From: a virus
Taxonomy: Duplodnaviria; Caudoviricetes
IMG/VR virus record: IMGVR_UViG_3300032287_001223
Coordinates: 1-52,602 of that record
Strand: one strand, 5' to 3'
DNA: 52,602 nt
The notes beneath the pieces are model-generated. The model did not search any database, had not been told where the DNA came from, and saw only the letters and a list, made by a program, of their open reading frames with translations. This document shows, one piece after another, positions 26,203 to 36,212 of the stretch (its first letter is position 1; every line of letters begins with the position of its first letter). The position numbers and the translations under genes were made by a program.

Positions 26203-29200
26203 ATGACAATAGGTCTTTCGTTAATTGGCGATGAGGACATTGATAGAGAAAATGACTCTCTTTATCTTTCAAAAGATGAAGCTCTAAGAACTGAGGTTCT
26301 TCCTAGATCTTACGGCGGGGACGTAAAACCCAGAACCGCCATCTCTACCCCCTCATCATCGGCTTCAATGCAGCAGACAGAATCTTCTGATCTGTTCTCC
26401 TTGAGTGACCTCATGGGATCGACTGTTCGTCAGCCGTCTACATCGGAGACCCAGACAGCAAAACCCAGCGAGTTGTTCAGCGTCAATGACCTGATGGGCA
26501 TAAAGTCTGCTCCAACAACCACGCCAGTTGAGAAAGCTCCAGCCGAAGACACTGGCGACTTCATGCGAGGAGCTGGCACGGCACTGGCACAAACACCCGC
26601 TCTGGCTTACGGCGCTCTTGGTCTTGTTGGAGCCGCTGGCGAGAAAGCCTTTGGCACTGGCGGGGCAATGTCTTCTCTCAAGAAGTTTGGTCTCGACCAG
26701 TACCAGACAAGGATGAAAGAGATTGGCGCTACAGCCAAAGAGTCTGATGATGTGACCAAGGCTTGGGAAAAAGCCAAGCAGGGCGACATTGGTGCATTGG
26801 CTGATTGGGCGCAGTATGGCATTGGCTATCTCGGTGGGAACATTGTAGAAACTGTCGCAACATCCGCCCTTGGCTCTGCCATTGGCGGATTTACTGCTGG
26901 CCCTGCTGGTGCTGTGGCTGGCGCTGGCGCTGGTGTTGTTGGAAGGCAGGCTGTCCAAGGTGTCGCCAAGAACCTGATTGAAGGCATGGTCGCCAAGGAA
27001 GCTGCACGTATTGCTGAGAAGGCAGGAGTTGAGGTAGCGACAGGTCAGATGCTCAAGGAGGCAACAAAGAATGTCGCCAAGGGTATTGGCTCAAGCATGG
27101 CCTTGGTTGGTTCGAGCCTCATCAAAGAGACTGGCGGTATTTACGGCGAAGCAGAAGAGCAGGCAGCAAAAGAAGGGCGCGAGCTGGACGGAGGAGATCT
27201 TGCAAGGATCTTTGGATCTGGCGTTGTTGCCGGTCTGTCGGAGTTCGCAGTAGATAAGCTTGGCCTTGATGTTGCGGCTGGAAAAATCAAGATCCCCGGA
27301 GGTGGAAGAACTGGCCGCTCCATAATCGGCGGCGCAGCAGGCGTTGGCTTCGAGGGTGGAACAGAACTGTTCCAGACCGCTGTCGAGCGTTTCGGTGCTG
27401 GCAAAGCCTTGACCGGCGAAGATGCCATGAACGAATACATCAATGCTTTTGCATTGGGTGGCTTGGGCGGCGGTACGGTCGGCGCTGCGGTCGGCGCATT
27501 CCGTGACGGCAAGACATCTCCCGACAGAGTTCGACAGATTCTGGATCAGGCTCAGGCCGACATGACATCCGATGATGGTCGTCAGGAACTGTTCGACTCC
27601 ATGTACGACGATCCTAATCTTGGCTCAATCCTTCAAGCCAACAACATTGAGTCAGGCGACGACCCAAGATTCCAAAGCGTAGTCACTAGAGCACTGGCTA
27701 CTCAGCGCATGTTGGTTGACCTTGAGGCTCCAACTCCTGAAGTCAGAGCTGAAACCAGAAAGCAGCGTGAGGCTGACATCCTTGCCGCTTTTGGCGAGAC
27801 AGCATCCACCGCAGTCGGTGGCGATACAGGCGCAATCGAGCCTGTCATCCAGCGAGCCAGCGTAACTCCCAATCTTGAGACCCGCACCCTCGAAGGTGAA
27901 GCTCAGCCAGTGATCCTGCCGGAGACAGCAGGCGGTCAGGCTGGTACGGTCGCTCTGTCGCCTGAAGACTTGGTTGCCAGACAGCAAGGCTTCGAGCCAT
28001 TGATCGGCATCACAACAGACAAAGGCCCAGTCGGGAACAGATTCCCATCACCCCAGGCTGCCGAGACTTTTCTGTTCGGCCCGAAAGACGCAAAGACAGG
28101 ACAGCGCAGCGGTGGCTACGCCCAAACGAACTTGGTTGGACAGGGGCTTGAGGCGCGAATCCGTCAGGGTAAACGCTCCAAAACCGAGGGAGGCGGCACG
28201 TTCTATTTTGTGGAGACCCGCAAGAAGCCAGTAGAGGCAGCTCCTGCGGCAGCTCCCGCTGCTCCGGTGGTAACACCATCTGCTCCGGTAACAACCGCTG
28301 CTGCTCCGGTAGTAACTCCTGCCGCTCCGGCAGTAACGCCAGCCGTTACTCCTGCCGTGCCAGTAACCCCCACAAAAGGCAAGAAGGCTGCTATTCCTGC
28401 GCTCACTCAAGAGGAAGAACAGCAACAGATTCCACTTCGTGTTCGCGCCGAAGAAATAGCGAACGAGCTTGAGACTCTGGGTGGTGACAAAAATTTAATC
28501 AGTGGAATCCGTAGCGTCGTATCCAATAAACGCCGCATTCAAAACAACGATTTTTATGAAGGCAAGTTAGCTGAGCTAAAGGCGCTTAAAGGCGCTGGAG
28601 TGCAAAAAACCACAGAGAAGCGTGGCGTGTCAGACTATCTCTCTGGAAGCAAGAGAGAGCAAGGCCGCTACGACGAATACAAAGGTAATGCAGACATAGG
28701 CCCATTCTTGCAGTCGGCTGACGATGCGATTCAGCAACTGACAACATTCGTCAACAATCTCGGTTATGCGGTTGCTGATGTCAACAATGCAACTCCTGAC
28801 AAACGTGCATTGTTTGCGAAGAATCTCATGTCTCAGATTGCTGGCTCAACAACTAGGATGTTGTTAAAGCGTGAGGCTTTCGACAAGAAGTACAAGAACG
28901 CAAGCCTTGAGCAGAAGAACAAGTCCCTTGTGGATTTGCAGAAAGATCTTGTCGCCGCACAAGAATACATAACCAAACAAGGAGAACCAGATGCCACTCA
29001 AGCAAGGCAAGTCACAGAAGGTGGTGAGCAGCAACGTCAAGGAGCTGGTGAACAAGTTCCAGCGGTCGGGGAAGATCGGGGAGTCAAAGCCGAAGAGCAA
29101 ACAGGCGGCGGTGAAACAGGCGGTGGCGATCAGCCTGTCGAAGGCGGGACTCAACCGCAAGAAGTAAAGCCAGCAGTTGACCCTGTAATGCAGGCTCGTG

Positions 29201-32200
29201 TTAAGGAGCGCATTAACAGAGCAGACGAAGACGGCGGCCTTGACTTTGAGGACGTTGTTAAGCTGAACAAGATGGTTGATGACGGCGACCTTATGGGCGC
29301 AATCAACAGCATGAAGAAGATTGTCGAAAGCAATCTTGGTGCTGGAGCTGGCGCGAAGTACAGCCTAAGCAGAGCACCACAGCCAACCACAACAGGAAGG
29401 GACTTTGCATATGGCAAACTCAAAACCGTTGACGACCTCAACAAAAATGTCAGAGGATACCTTGCAGCACAAGGAATCACAGACAGCTTTACCGCAGCGA
29501 GAGTACCTATCGGCAATCTTGCTGGAAAGATTCCCGGCCTCCCTTCCATGCAACGCATTGCCGATCTGTTCGGAAAGAAGCTCGTATATTTTGCAGTGGA
29601 GAAGGGAAGTGTTGACTTCATAGACGGCGCTGTCCTCAGTGGATCAGACACAATCTTCATCAATGTAAACAGTACCCGACCACACATTCGGGTGTTGGGC
29701 CACGAGATGGTTCATGCTTTGCGGTTCAGTAATAAAGAAATTTATACAGCACTGACAAAGCATTTGTCGCCTTATCTGGATCAGGGTGGCATGAATGCCT
29801 ATCGAGCGCAGCTCAACAAAGAGGGCATGAAAGATCCAGCATTGATTCTGGAAGAAGCTATTGGCGACATCGTTGGAGACAGATTCGGTGAATCCTCCTT
29901 CTGGCAGATGATGGCCGATGAGAATCCAAGTATGTTCACACAGCTTGCAAGAATTGTTGTGGACTTCCTTGATTCAGTAATGAGCAAGATCCGCAGCAAG
30001 CAGACTCTGGACTCCAAGAATCTGTTGACAGATGTCGCCGCCGCACGCCAGGCAATCGTCAGCGTTCTGGCAGACTTTGAACAGAAGCAGCCAACAGCTC
30101 CAGCAAAGCCGACAGGTTTGCCATCCTTCTCTCAGAAGAGGATGGATCTTCCTGCGGAATTCGGCACTCAACCAATACCAGATGGGTATGTTCGCCTATA
30201 CCACCAGACAGATACGGAGTCATTGGATAAGATCGCCAAGGAAGGCTTATCAATTAAGTACGCTAAGGGTATTGAAGGGCCGAGAGCAATCTACGCTGGC
30301 GAGACACCCTTCTATGGCCCAGTAGAAACAAGGCCAACGCTAGAGTTTGTTGTTCCCAAAGATCAGTGGGATGCTCCGTTTGTTCTTCAGGACGTACAGC
30401 CAAATCAAATCATTGCTGCTCACTATCCTTGGCACAGAAGAGTTCGGTATCTTGAAGATGCGGACAATCAAGACGTTCTGCAAAAAGCCTTGGCTGGGGA
30501 ATTTGATAATCTTGAAGGCGACTACAAGCTTGCTGTTGAGTACGTGAAAGATAAGTACGGTAAGCCAGCGGAAGAGGCTGCGCCAACTATGTTCAGCCGC
30601 AAGCCAGAAGGCGAGACCTTCTACTCTGCGATGGAGCGTGGCTTTGAATCTGTCAAGCAAGCATCTATGCCTGCCCAGCAGTGGAAGTCATGGCTCAACT
30701 CGAACAAGGCTCAGCTTGGTATTAAGAATGCTGAGATCGAGTGGACTGGCATCAATGAGTGGCTCGATCTGCAAGAAGGTAAGGTCGAGAAGCAAACTGT
30801 TTTAAACTGGATTGCAGGGAATAAGGTTCAGCTTAACGATATTATCCTTACCGGATCTGGGAGGTATATATCCGATGATGATCTTCGAGATGCGTATGTC
30901 GCAGCTAGTGATGAGTTTATTGAGGATGTAAATTTAAGCAGGCAAGAATTGCTGGCCGAGCTTGGATACCCAGCTGATATGCAGGCATCAGGCCCGCAGC
31001 ATAAAAAACTCACTCTTCCCAATGGCAAGGATTACTTTGAGCTTATTTTGACCGAGCCATCTATTGACCCATATAAGTCAGATGATGACATTCACTTTGG
31101 CGACTTGTCTGACGGCAAGCAGATTGGCTGGATTCGTGGAAACATAAGAAAAGATAAAGACGGAAACAGCGTTTTATTTCTTGAAGAGATACAAAGCCAA
31201 AGGGCGCAAGAGGGTAGAGAACGTGGCTTTGTTGAAAAGATAGAAGTTAAAAGGACTTTGTATGGTCGTTGGCGGGATGCAATTCGGTCTGGCGAGGTTA
31301 AGACAGAGGGAAGAAAGAAGTTTCTAAAGTGGTTTAACACTCAGCCTGAATCTGAAGGTGTCTCAGAAAGTGAGGCCATACAAAAATATCAGTTTTTCTT
31401 ACGGGCTAGACTACCAGAGTCTGCTTTTAATTTGGATGATGTTCCGGTCGCTCCATTTGTCGGAGAAACTAAGTCTTGGGTATCTCTTTTGATGAAAAGA
31501 GCTATCGCATATGCACAGTCAAAAGGCATAGACAGGGTTTCATGGACAACCGGAGACCAGCAGAACGACAGATACAGGTTATCTAGATCCATTGATGAGA
31601 TTTACTATGACCCATACGAGGACGGAAAAACATTTGAGGTGACCGCCTTAAAGGATGGGAATGAGGTAGGCCAAGGCAGTGGTCAGATGGGATTGGAGTC
31701 AATCCGCCGGACGTATGGAAAAGACATAGCCAAGATGATGGTCGATGGTGTCGGTGAGCAAGTTGACGACACCGTTAAAGCTATTCGTGGAGAAAATCTT
31801 GATGCTGGTGGCGCAGGTATGCGCGAGTTCTACAACACCATTGTTCCTTCTGTCGCTAAGTCTATCGTCGGGAAAGATTCGGTCACCGTAATGGAGCTTG
31901 AGGATACGGGACAACAGCTTGGCTTTGTCATACCCGAAAAGCTACAAGAGCAGGTCGCCAATGATGGCTTCCCAATGTTCAGCCGCAAGCGTTACGAAGA
32001 TCAGTTCTCTGATGTCAGCCCTGACACCCGCGAACGTGCGCTGAACAAAGGCTTCTACTCTCCTCCCACAATCAAGGAGAGACTGGATCGCCTCCGTCCA
32101 AACTTCGCAATGCGTATCGTTCAAGGTACGTTCGACAAGTTCCGCTCTGTTCGTGACATCAGTCAGAAAGCCTACCTCATGCTTCGCATGTCGTCTGGTT

Positions 32201-34578
32201 CTCAGGATGGTGCTGTCTCCGCTCTTCTGCACTACGGTCAAGTCTTCAATGATGACGGCGCACTGAATGTGAAGAAGGGGACACAGGGATTGCTGGAGGT
32301 TCTTGATCCTGTCGGCGGAGAGGTTGATCGCTTCCTGCTTTGGATTGCGGCCAACCGTGCGGCGGCTCTGTCGAAGGATGAGCGCGAGCGTTTCTTCAGC
32401 CCAGAAGACATCAAGTCTTTGCGTGGCCTGAACATGGGTACGATGAAGAATGGCAAGTCTCGTCTTGCTGTCTACGCCGAGACCCTGAAGAATATGAACG
32501 AGCTGAACAGATCTGTTCTGGATGTCGCCAGGGACACCGGGTTGATTGATGCCGAAGGGTACAAACGCTTCTCCGCAGACATCTGGTACATCCCGTTCTA
32601 TCGACAGATGGAAGATGACGGCAGCCTGTCGGCAGCCCAGACAAGTTCCGGAGCTGTTGGTCAGTATCTGTCCAAGAAGCTAAAGGGCAGCGAGCGTCCG
32701 CTCAACGACCTGATGGAGAACGTCCTGATGAACTGGACGCACATCCTATCAGCCTCGATGAAGAACCAAGCAGCCGTGGAGACATTGACCTCCGCTACAG
32801 CTATGGGCGACATCGTGACCAAGCTGGAGAGACAAGAGAAGGGCGCTGTCAAGGTTATGGAGAAGGGCAAAGAAACCTTCTACCGCATCGACGACGAGTT
32901 CCTTCTGACATCACTGTCTGCTGTTGCTCAGATGCCCAGCTACGGATGGGGCATGGACATCATGCGTGGCTTTAAAACTACGTTGACTCGCTTTATCTCC
33001 TTGTCTCCCACCTTCAAGATCAACAACTTGATCCGAGATTCGATCCAGTCTATCGGTCTATCTGAACTCAGCAGAAACCCAATAGGCAACGTGATGCAGG
33101 GATGGAGAGCCTACAAGACAGAACGTGCCGAGGCTCTTGCTGGTGGCGGCCTGTTCGCTATGGGCAACGCCTTCGACGGAGATCAGTCCGCATCGGTGAA
33201 GCGCCTGCTCAAGACGGGCGTGAACAAAGCTGACATCTTGGACACACCAGAGAAGGTGGCTTCCTTCTTTGGAAAGATGCAAGACAAGTACGACGAAGTG
33301 AGCGATGCCTCTGAGAATGCCAACCGCCTTGCGCTGTACCAACAACTCCGTGCAAAGGGAGCCTCACATCTTGAGGCATCCTACGCCGCGAGAGATTTGC
33401 AGGACTTCAGCTTGCAAGGTAGCTGGTCTGCCATCCGCTATGCGGCTCAGGTTCTGCCGTACTTCAATGCCAGACTTCAGGGCTTGTATAAGCTGGGTCG
33501 TGATGGACTAGACCCCACCATACAGGTGCTAACAGGCAAAGCTTCAGATACCGAGAGACAGAAAGCGGCAAAGTTTGCTACCGTCACCGGAGCTGTTGTG
33601 GCTGTTGCAATGATCTTGTATCTGTCGCAAAAGGACGATGAGGATTGGAAGAAGCGTGAAGACTGGGATCGTGATGCCTTCTTCTGGTTCAAGATCCCCG
33701 GAACTCAAACAGCCGTTCGGATTCCTAAGCCATTCGAGATGGGTGCAATCGCCACCTTGGTTGAGCGTTTCACAGAACAGATGGCTGATTCCAGTGTTGA
33801 GGGCAAGGTGTTTGCCAAGCGTCTCGGGGCTGTATTCCACGACACTTTTGCCGTCAACCCAATACCACAAGCTATTCGCCCTCTCTACGACATCGCCCGT
33901 AACAAGGACGGCTTCACTGATCGGCCAATCGAAAGCATGGGTATGGAGCGGATCTCTGTTGAGAACAGGGTTAGCCCCGGAACATCTGCCGCTGCCGTGG
34001 CACTTGGAACTGTTAATAGTCTGTTCGCTGAGTTTGCTTCTAAGGCTACCGGCGGGGCTATCAGCACACAGTCTACGCAGCTATCGCCAATTCAGTACGA
34101 CTACTTGCTCAAGGGATACCTTGGCTGGGTCGGAACAGTAATTCAGACGGCATCCAATGTGGCGGCTACTCCATTCAAGGATGGCGCATCGTCACGGTAC
34201 GAACGCATTGATGACTTCTTGGTTGTGGGCAACTATGTCAAGACAGTTCCTCAGTCACAGTCTCGCTATGTCACATCGTTCTATGAGAACGCCAAGGACA
34301 TCGCAACCGCAACATCAGATGTAAGCCACTTCCTGAACTCAGGTCAGCTTGAGAAAGCCAAGGAGGCGTTCGTGGAGAAGAGCGACAAGATTGCCCTAGC
34401 CAAGCTGTACACCAAAGGAACCAACATGATGTCAACCATTGGTAAACAGGTGAGGATAGTGGAAGATGATCCCAAGATGAGTGGCGCAGAGAAGCGGCTT
34501 GAGATTGAAAGACTGCAACAGCTTCGCATCCAGATAGCCAAGGATGTCGAGGACATTCGTATCGCAGCCAAGAAATGA
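26203..34578 (+). CDS. Giant polyvalent / ejection protein (metallopeptidase-like HExxH, ART-like domain, LPD38-like C-terminus)
   Basis: 2791 aa; VLGHEMVH (29701), VRLYHQT...IY...LEF (~30190-30350), LFLEEIQSQ, DWDRDAFFWF...RIPKPFEMG. Confidence 0.85.
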   Translation: MTIGLSLIGDEDIDRENDSLYLSKDEALRTEVLPRSYGGDVKPRTAISTPSSSASMQQTESSDLFSLSDLMGSTVRQPSTSETQTAKPSELFSVNDLMGIKSAPTTTPVEKAPAEDTGDFMRGAGTALAQTPALAYGALGLVGAAGEKAFGTGGAMSSLKKFGLDQYQTRMKEIGATAKESDDVTKAWEKAKQGDIGALADWAQYGIGYLGGNIVETVATSALGSAIGGFTAGPAGAVAGAGAGVVGRQAVQGVAKNLIEGMVAKEAARIAEKAGVEVATGQMLKEATKNVAKGIGSSMALVGSSLIKETGGIYGEAEEQAAKEGRELDGGDLARIFGSGVVAGLSEFAVDKLGLDVAAGKIKIPGGGRTGRSIIGGAAGVGFEGGTELFQTAVERFGAGKALTGEDAMNEYINAFALGGLGGGTVGAAVGAFRDGKTSPDRVRQILDQAQADMTSDDGRQELFDSMYDDPNLGSILQANNIESGDDPRFQSVVTRALATQRMLVDLEAPTPEVRAETRKQREADILAAFGETASTAVGGDTGAIEPVIQRASVTPNLETRTLEGEAQPVILPETAGGQAGTVALSPEDLVARQQGFEPLIGITTDKGPVGNRFPSPQAAETFLFGPKDAKTGQRSGGYAQTNLVGQGLEARIRQGKRSKTEGGGTFYFVETRKKPVEAAPAAAPAAPVVTPSAPVTTAAAPVVTPAAPAVTPAVTPAVPVTPTKGKKAAIPALTQEEEQQQIPLRVRAEEIANELETLGGDKNLISGIRSVVSNKRRIQNNDFYEGKLAELKALKGAGVQKTTEKRGVSDYLSGSKREQGRYDEYKGNADIGPFLQSADDAIQQLTTFVNNLGYAVADVNNATPDKRALFAKNLMSQIAGSTTRMLLKREAFDKKYKNASLEQKNKSLVDLQKDLVAAQEYITKQGEPDATQARQVTEGGEQQRQGAGEQVPAVGEDRGVKAEEQTGGGETGGGDQPVEGGTQPQEVKPAVDPVMQARVKERINRADEDGGLDFEDVVKLNKMVDDGDLMGAINSMKKIVESNLGAGAGAKYSLSRAPQPTTTGRDFAYGKLKTVDDLNKNVRGYLAAQGITDSFTAARVPIGNLAGKIPGLPSMQRIADLFGKKLVYFAVEKGSVDFIDGAVLSGSDTIFINVNSTRPHIRVLGHEMVHALRFSNKEIYTALTKHLSPYLDQGGMNAYRAQLNKEGMKDPALILEEAIGDIVGDRFGESSFWQMMADENPSMFTQLARIVVDFLDSVMSKIRSKQTLDSKNLLTDVAAARQAIVSVLADFEQKQPTAPAKPTGLPSFSQKRMDLPAEFGTQPIPDGYVRLYHQTDTESLDKIAKEGLSIKYAKGIEGPRAIYAGETPFYGPVETRPTLEFVVPKDQWDAPFVLQDVQPNQIIAAHYPWHRRVRYLEDADNQDVLQKALAGEFDNLEGDYKLAVEYVKDKYGKPAEEAAPTMFSRKPEGETFYSAMERGFESVKQASMPAQQWKSWLNSNKAQLGIKNAEIEWTGINEWLDLQEGKVEKQTVLNWIAGNKVQLNDIILTGSGRYISDDDLRDAYVAASDEFIEDVNLSRQELLAELGYPADMQASGPQHKKLTLPNGKDYFELILTEPSIDPYKSDDDIHFGDLSDGKQIGWIRGNIRKDKDGNSVLFLEEIQSQRAQEGRERGFVEKIEVKRTLYGRWRDAIRSGEVKTEGRKKFLKWFNTQPESEGVSESEAIQKYQFFLRARLPESAFNLDDVPVAPFVGETKSWVSLLMKRAIAYAQSKGIDRVSWTTGDQQNDRYRLSRSIDEIYYDPYEDGKTFEVTALKDGNEVGQGSGQMGLESIRRTYGKDIAKMMVDGVGEQVDDTVKAIRGENLDAGGAGMREFYNTIVPSVAKSIVGKDSVTVMELEDTGQQLGFVIPEKLQEQVANDGFPMFSRKRYEDQFSDVSPDTRERALNKGFYSPPTIKERLDRLRPNFAMRIVQGTFDKFRSVRDISQKAYLMLRMSSGSQDGAVSALLHYGQVFNDDGALNVKKGTQGLLEVLDPVGGEVDRFLLWIAANRAAALSKDERERFFSPEDIKSLRGLNMGTMKNGKSRLAVYAETLKNMNELNRSVLDVARDTGLIDAEGYKRFSADIWYIPFYRQMEDDGSLSAAQTSSGAVGQYLSKKLKGSERPLNDLMENVLMNWTHILSASMKNQAAVETLTSATAMGDIVTKLERQEKGAVKVMEKGKETFYRIDDEFLLTSLSAVAQMPSYGWGMDIMRGFKTTLTRFISLSPTFKINNLIRDSIQSIGLSELSRNPIGNVMQGWRAYKTERAEALAGGGLFAMGNAFDGDQSASVKRLLKTGVNKADILDTPEKVASFFGKMQDKYDEVSDASENANRLALYQQLRAKGASHLEASYAARDLQDFSLQGSWSAIRYAAQVLPYFNARLQGLYKLGRDGLDPTIQVLTGKASDTERQKAAKFATVTGAVVAVAMILYLSQKDDEDWKKREDWDRDAFFWFKIPGTQTAVRIPKPFEMGAIATLVERFTEQMADSSVEGKVFAKRLGAVFHDTFAVNPIPQAIRPLYDIARNKDGFTDRPIESMGMERISVENRVSPGTSAAAVALGTVNSLFAEFASKATGGAISTQSTQLSPIQYDYLLKGYLGWVGTVIQTASNVAATPFKDGASSRYERIDDFLVVGNYVKTVPQSQSRYVTSFYENAKDIATATSDVSHFLNSGQLEKAKEAFVEKSDKIALAKLYTKGTNMMSTIGKQVRIVEDDPKMSGAEKRLEIERLQQLRIQIAKDVEDIRIAAKK
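28231..28372 (+). repeat. Degenerate GCTCCGG(T/C)AGTAAC tandem repeats encoding a Pro/Ala/Val/Thr linker
   Basis: APAAAPAAPVVTPSAPVTTAAAPVVTPAAPAVTPAVTP. Confidence 0.7.
28991..29167 (+). CDS. Nested 58-aa basic protein MPLKQGKSQKVVSSNVKEL...KQAVAISLSKAG in the +1 frame of the giant gene
   Basis: AAGGAG RBS upstream of the ATG, TAA at 29165; resembles the phage MPLKKGKS...KQAVAIALS family. Confidence 0.75.
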   Translation: MPLKQGKSQKVVSSNVKELVNKFQRSGKIGESKPKSKQAAVKQAVAISLSKAGLNRKK

Positions 34579-35201
34579 AAGAGTGCAGCAAATCCATGAC
34601 CCGCAGAGTTCGTGACCCGAACTTTGCGAAGCGTTACTTTGTTGGTAGTGGAGTAGACATCGGCGGTAGGCCAGATCCAATCTCGGCGCATCGAGATATG
34701 TTCAGCGGCATGGGCGATGTCAGGATATGGGACTTAGAAGATGGGGACGCACAGTTCATGGCTGGCGTTCCGGCTGAGTCTCTAGACTTTGTTCACAGCA
34801 GCCACTGCCTAGAGCATCTTGTCAATCCACGGGCTGGCCTCAAGGCTTGGTTCAATCTCCTAAAACGTGGAGGCCATCTCATTGTCACCGTCCCCGACGA
34901 GGATTTGTATGAGCAGGGTGTATTCCCAAGCACATACAACTCAGACCACAAATGGACGTTCACCACGCACAAGAAATACTCTTGGTCAGATCAGTCCATC
35001 AACGTAACAGATCTGTTTGTCGATCTTGGTGAGGCAGCGGAAGTAATTAAGATGGAACTCATAAGCGATGGCTATGAGTACGGTGCAAAGCGTTTAGACC
35101 AAACAATGTTCCCCGGAGTCGAGTGCGCCATTGAGTTCATCGTCAGGAAGAGAACAGTACAAGAGCTTGCAGACAGAGGAAGATGGAGGAGATCACCATG
35201 A
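34575..35201 (+). CDS. Class I SAM-dependent methyltransferase
   Basis: VDIGG motif I, LDFVHSSHCLEHL, LKRGGHLIVTVP. Confidence 0.85.
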   Translation: MKECSKSMTRRVRDPNFAKRYFVGSGVDIGGRPDPISAHRDMFSGMGDVRIWDLEDGDAQFMAGVPAESLDFVHSSHCLEHLVNPRAGLKAWFNLLKRGGHLIVTVPDEDLYEQGVFPSTYNSDHKWTFTTHKKYSWSDQSINVTDLFVDLGEAAEVIKMELISDGYEYGAKRLDQTMFPGVECAIEFIVRKRTVQELADRGRWRRSP

Positions 35202-35587
35202 CGACATACACAAAGCCTGAGTTGCGTGATCGCATCAAGAAGCAGGTAATGGCTGGCAGCAAGGGCGGTGACGCTGGCGAGTGGTCTGCCCGTAAAGCTC
35301 AACTGGTGGCTCAGAAGTACGAGGCTGCTGGCGGCGGGTACTCTGGTGGAAAGACTGGAGAACAGAAGTCTCTGTCTAAGTGGACGAAGGAGGATTGGAA
35401 GACCTCCGATGGCAAACCTTCCGAGGGTAAAAAAAGATACCTCCCCGCAAAAGCTTGGGACAGTTTGTCACCCAGCGAGAAGGCTTCAACAAACAAAGCC
35501 AAATCGCAAGGCAACAAACAAGGGAAGCAGTTCGTGCCACAGCCTAAGAAGATTGCTCAGAAGACGAAGGTGTTTCGCCGCCCGTAG
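35198..35587 (+). CDS. Basic protein, DUF5872-like
   Basis: GGAGGA RBS, ATGA-coupled; YTKPELR...GEWSARKAQLVAQKYEAAGGGY...WTKEDW. Confidence 0.75.
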   Translation: MTTYTKPELRDRIKKQVMAGSKGGDAGEWSARKAQLVAQKYEAAGGGYSGGKTGEQKSLSKWTKEDWKTSDGKPSEGKKRYLPAKAWDSLSPSEKASTNKAKSQGNKQGKQFVPQPKKIAQKTKVFRRP

Positions 35588-35759
35588 CGTTGCGATGCCC
35601 ATCAATCCAGTCTACTATGTCTTCTCGATAGGCTTTCCACCGACCGTTCTCATCGAACCGAAATGCCGGAATCTTTTTTGAGACGCACCACTGTCGGGCT
35701 GTCTCAGGTACAACCCCAAGCATTCGTGCAATCTCACCGACTCCGATCACTTCTTTCAT
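35544..35759 (-). CDS. Excisionase/MerR-like HTH DNA-binding protein
   Basis: GVGEIARMLGVVPETARQWCVSKKIPA. Confidence 0.75.
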   Translation of the reverse strand: MKEVIGVGEIARMLGVVPETARQWCVSKKIPAFRFDENGRWKAYREDIVDWIDGHRNATGGETPSSSEQSS

Positions 35760-35962
35760 AGCTCTAGCTCCCCTTGTTCTCCATCGGAGGCATTCTCTAC
35801 TGCGATCTGTCGGCCAAGAGCCTCGACCAGTTCGTCTTGGTTTGCAACCTTGACGTTAATCAAAGACTTGGCGACATGGCTCAGTGCCTGTGAACGATGA
35901 GAGGCGCGAACCAAGCGAATGGTTTGGCCGTGGCCTACGATATATATGCGTTGCTGTTTCAT
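35756..35962 (-). CDS. Hypothetical protein
   Basis: MKQQRIYIVG...RLVRASHRSQALSHVA; stop coupled to the next gene. Confidence 0.65.
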   Translation of the reverse strand: MKQQRIYIVGHGQTIRLVRASHRSQALSHVAKSLINVKVANQDELVEALGRQIAVENASDGEQGELEL

Positions 35963-35972
35963 TGGTGTCTTC

Positions 35973-36212
35973 TTAAAATTTGTTTTCGTCAATACGGTGA
36001 TCGCCGCACCAGTCATTCACGAACACTACGGGGTATCCGTTCATTGTTGGAGCGTGGCGGCGGCATCGACCTAAGTCGTAGCCAAGCTTGTTCTCTGCCT
36101 GCTTTGGAACAAACCATATACAGGTTTTACAACGCATTCCCTCGGAGCGATGAATCCAAGGATCTTGCTTGGAGACTGCCTCCTGCTTAATAACTGTTTC
36201 CTGCTCTCTCAT
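35973..36212 (-). CDS. Small Cys-rich metal-binding protein
   Basis: CKTC...GRCRRHAP...DWCGDH. Confidence 0.65.
   Translation of the reverse strand: MREQETVIKQEAVSKQDPWIHRSEGMRCKTCIWFVPKQAENKLGYDLGRCRRHAPTMNGYPVVFVNDWCGDHRIDENKF

Noticed and set aside
26365-34691. Many antisense and alternate-frame ORFs within the giant gene and other long genes
   Set aside because: They are shadow ORFs with no RBS or recognisable motifs. Only 28991-29167, 20550-20813 and 9683-9850 have independent support.
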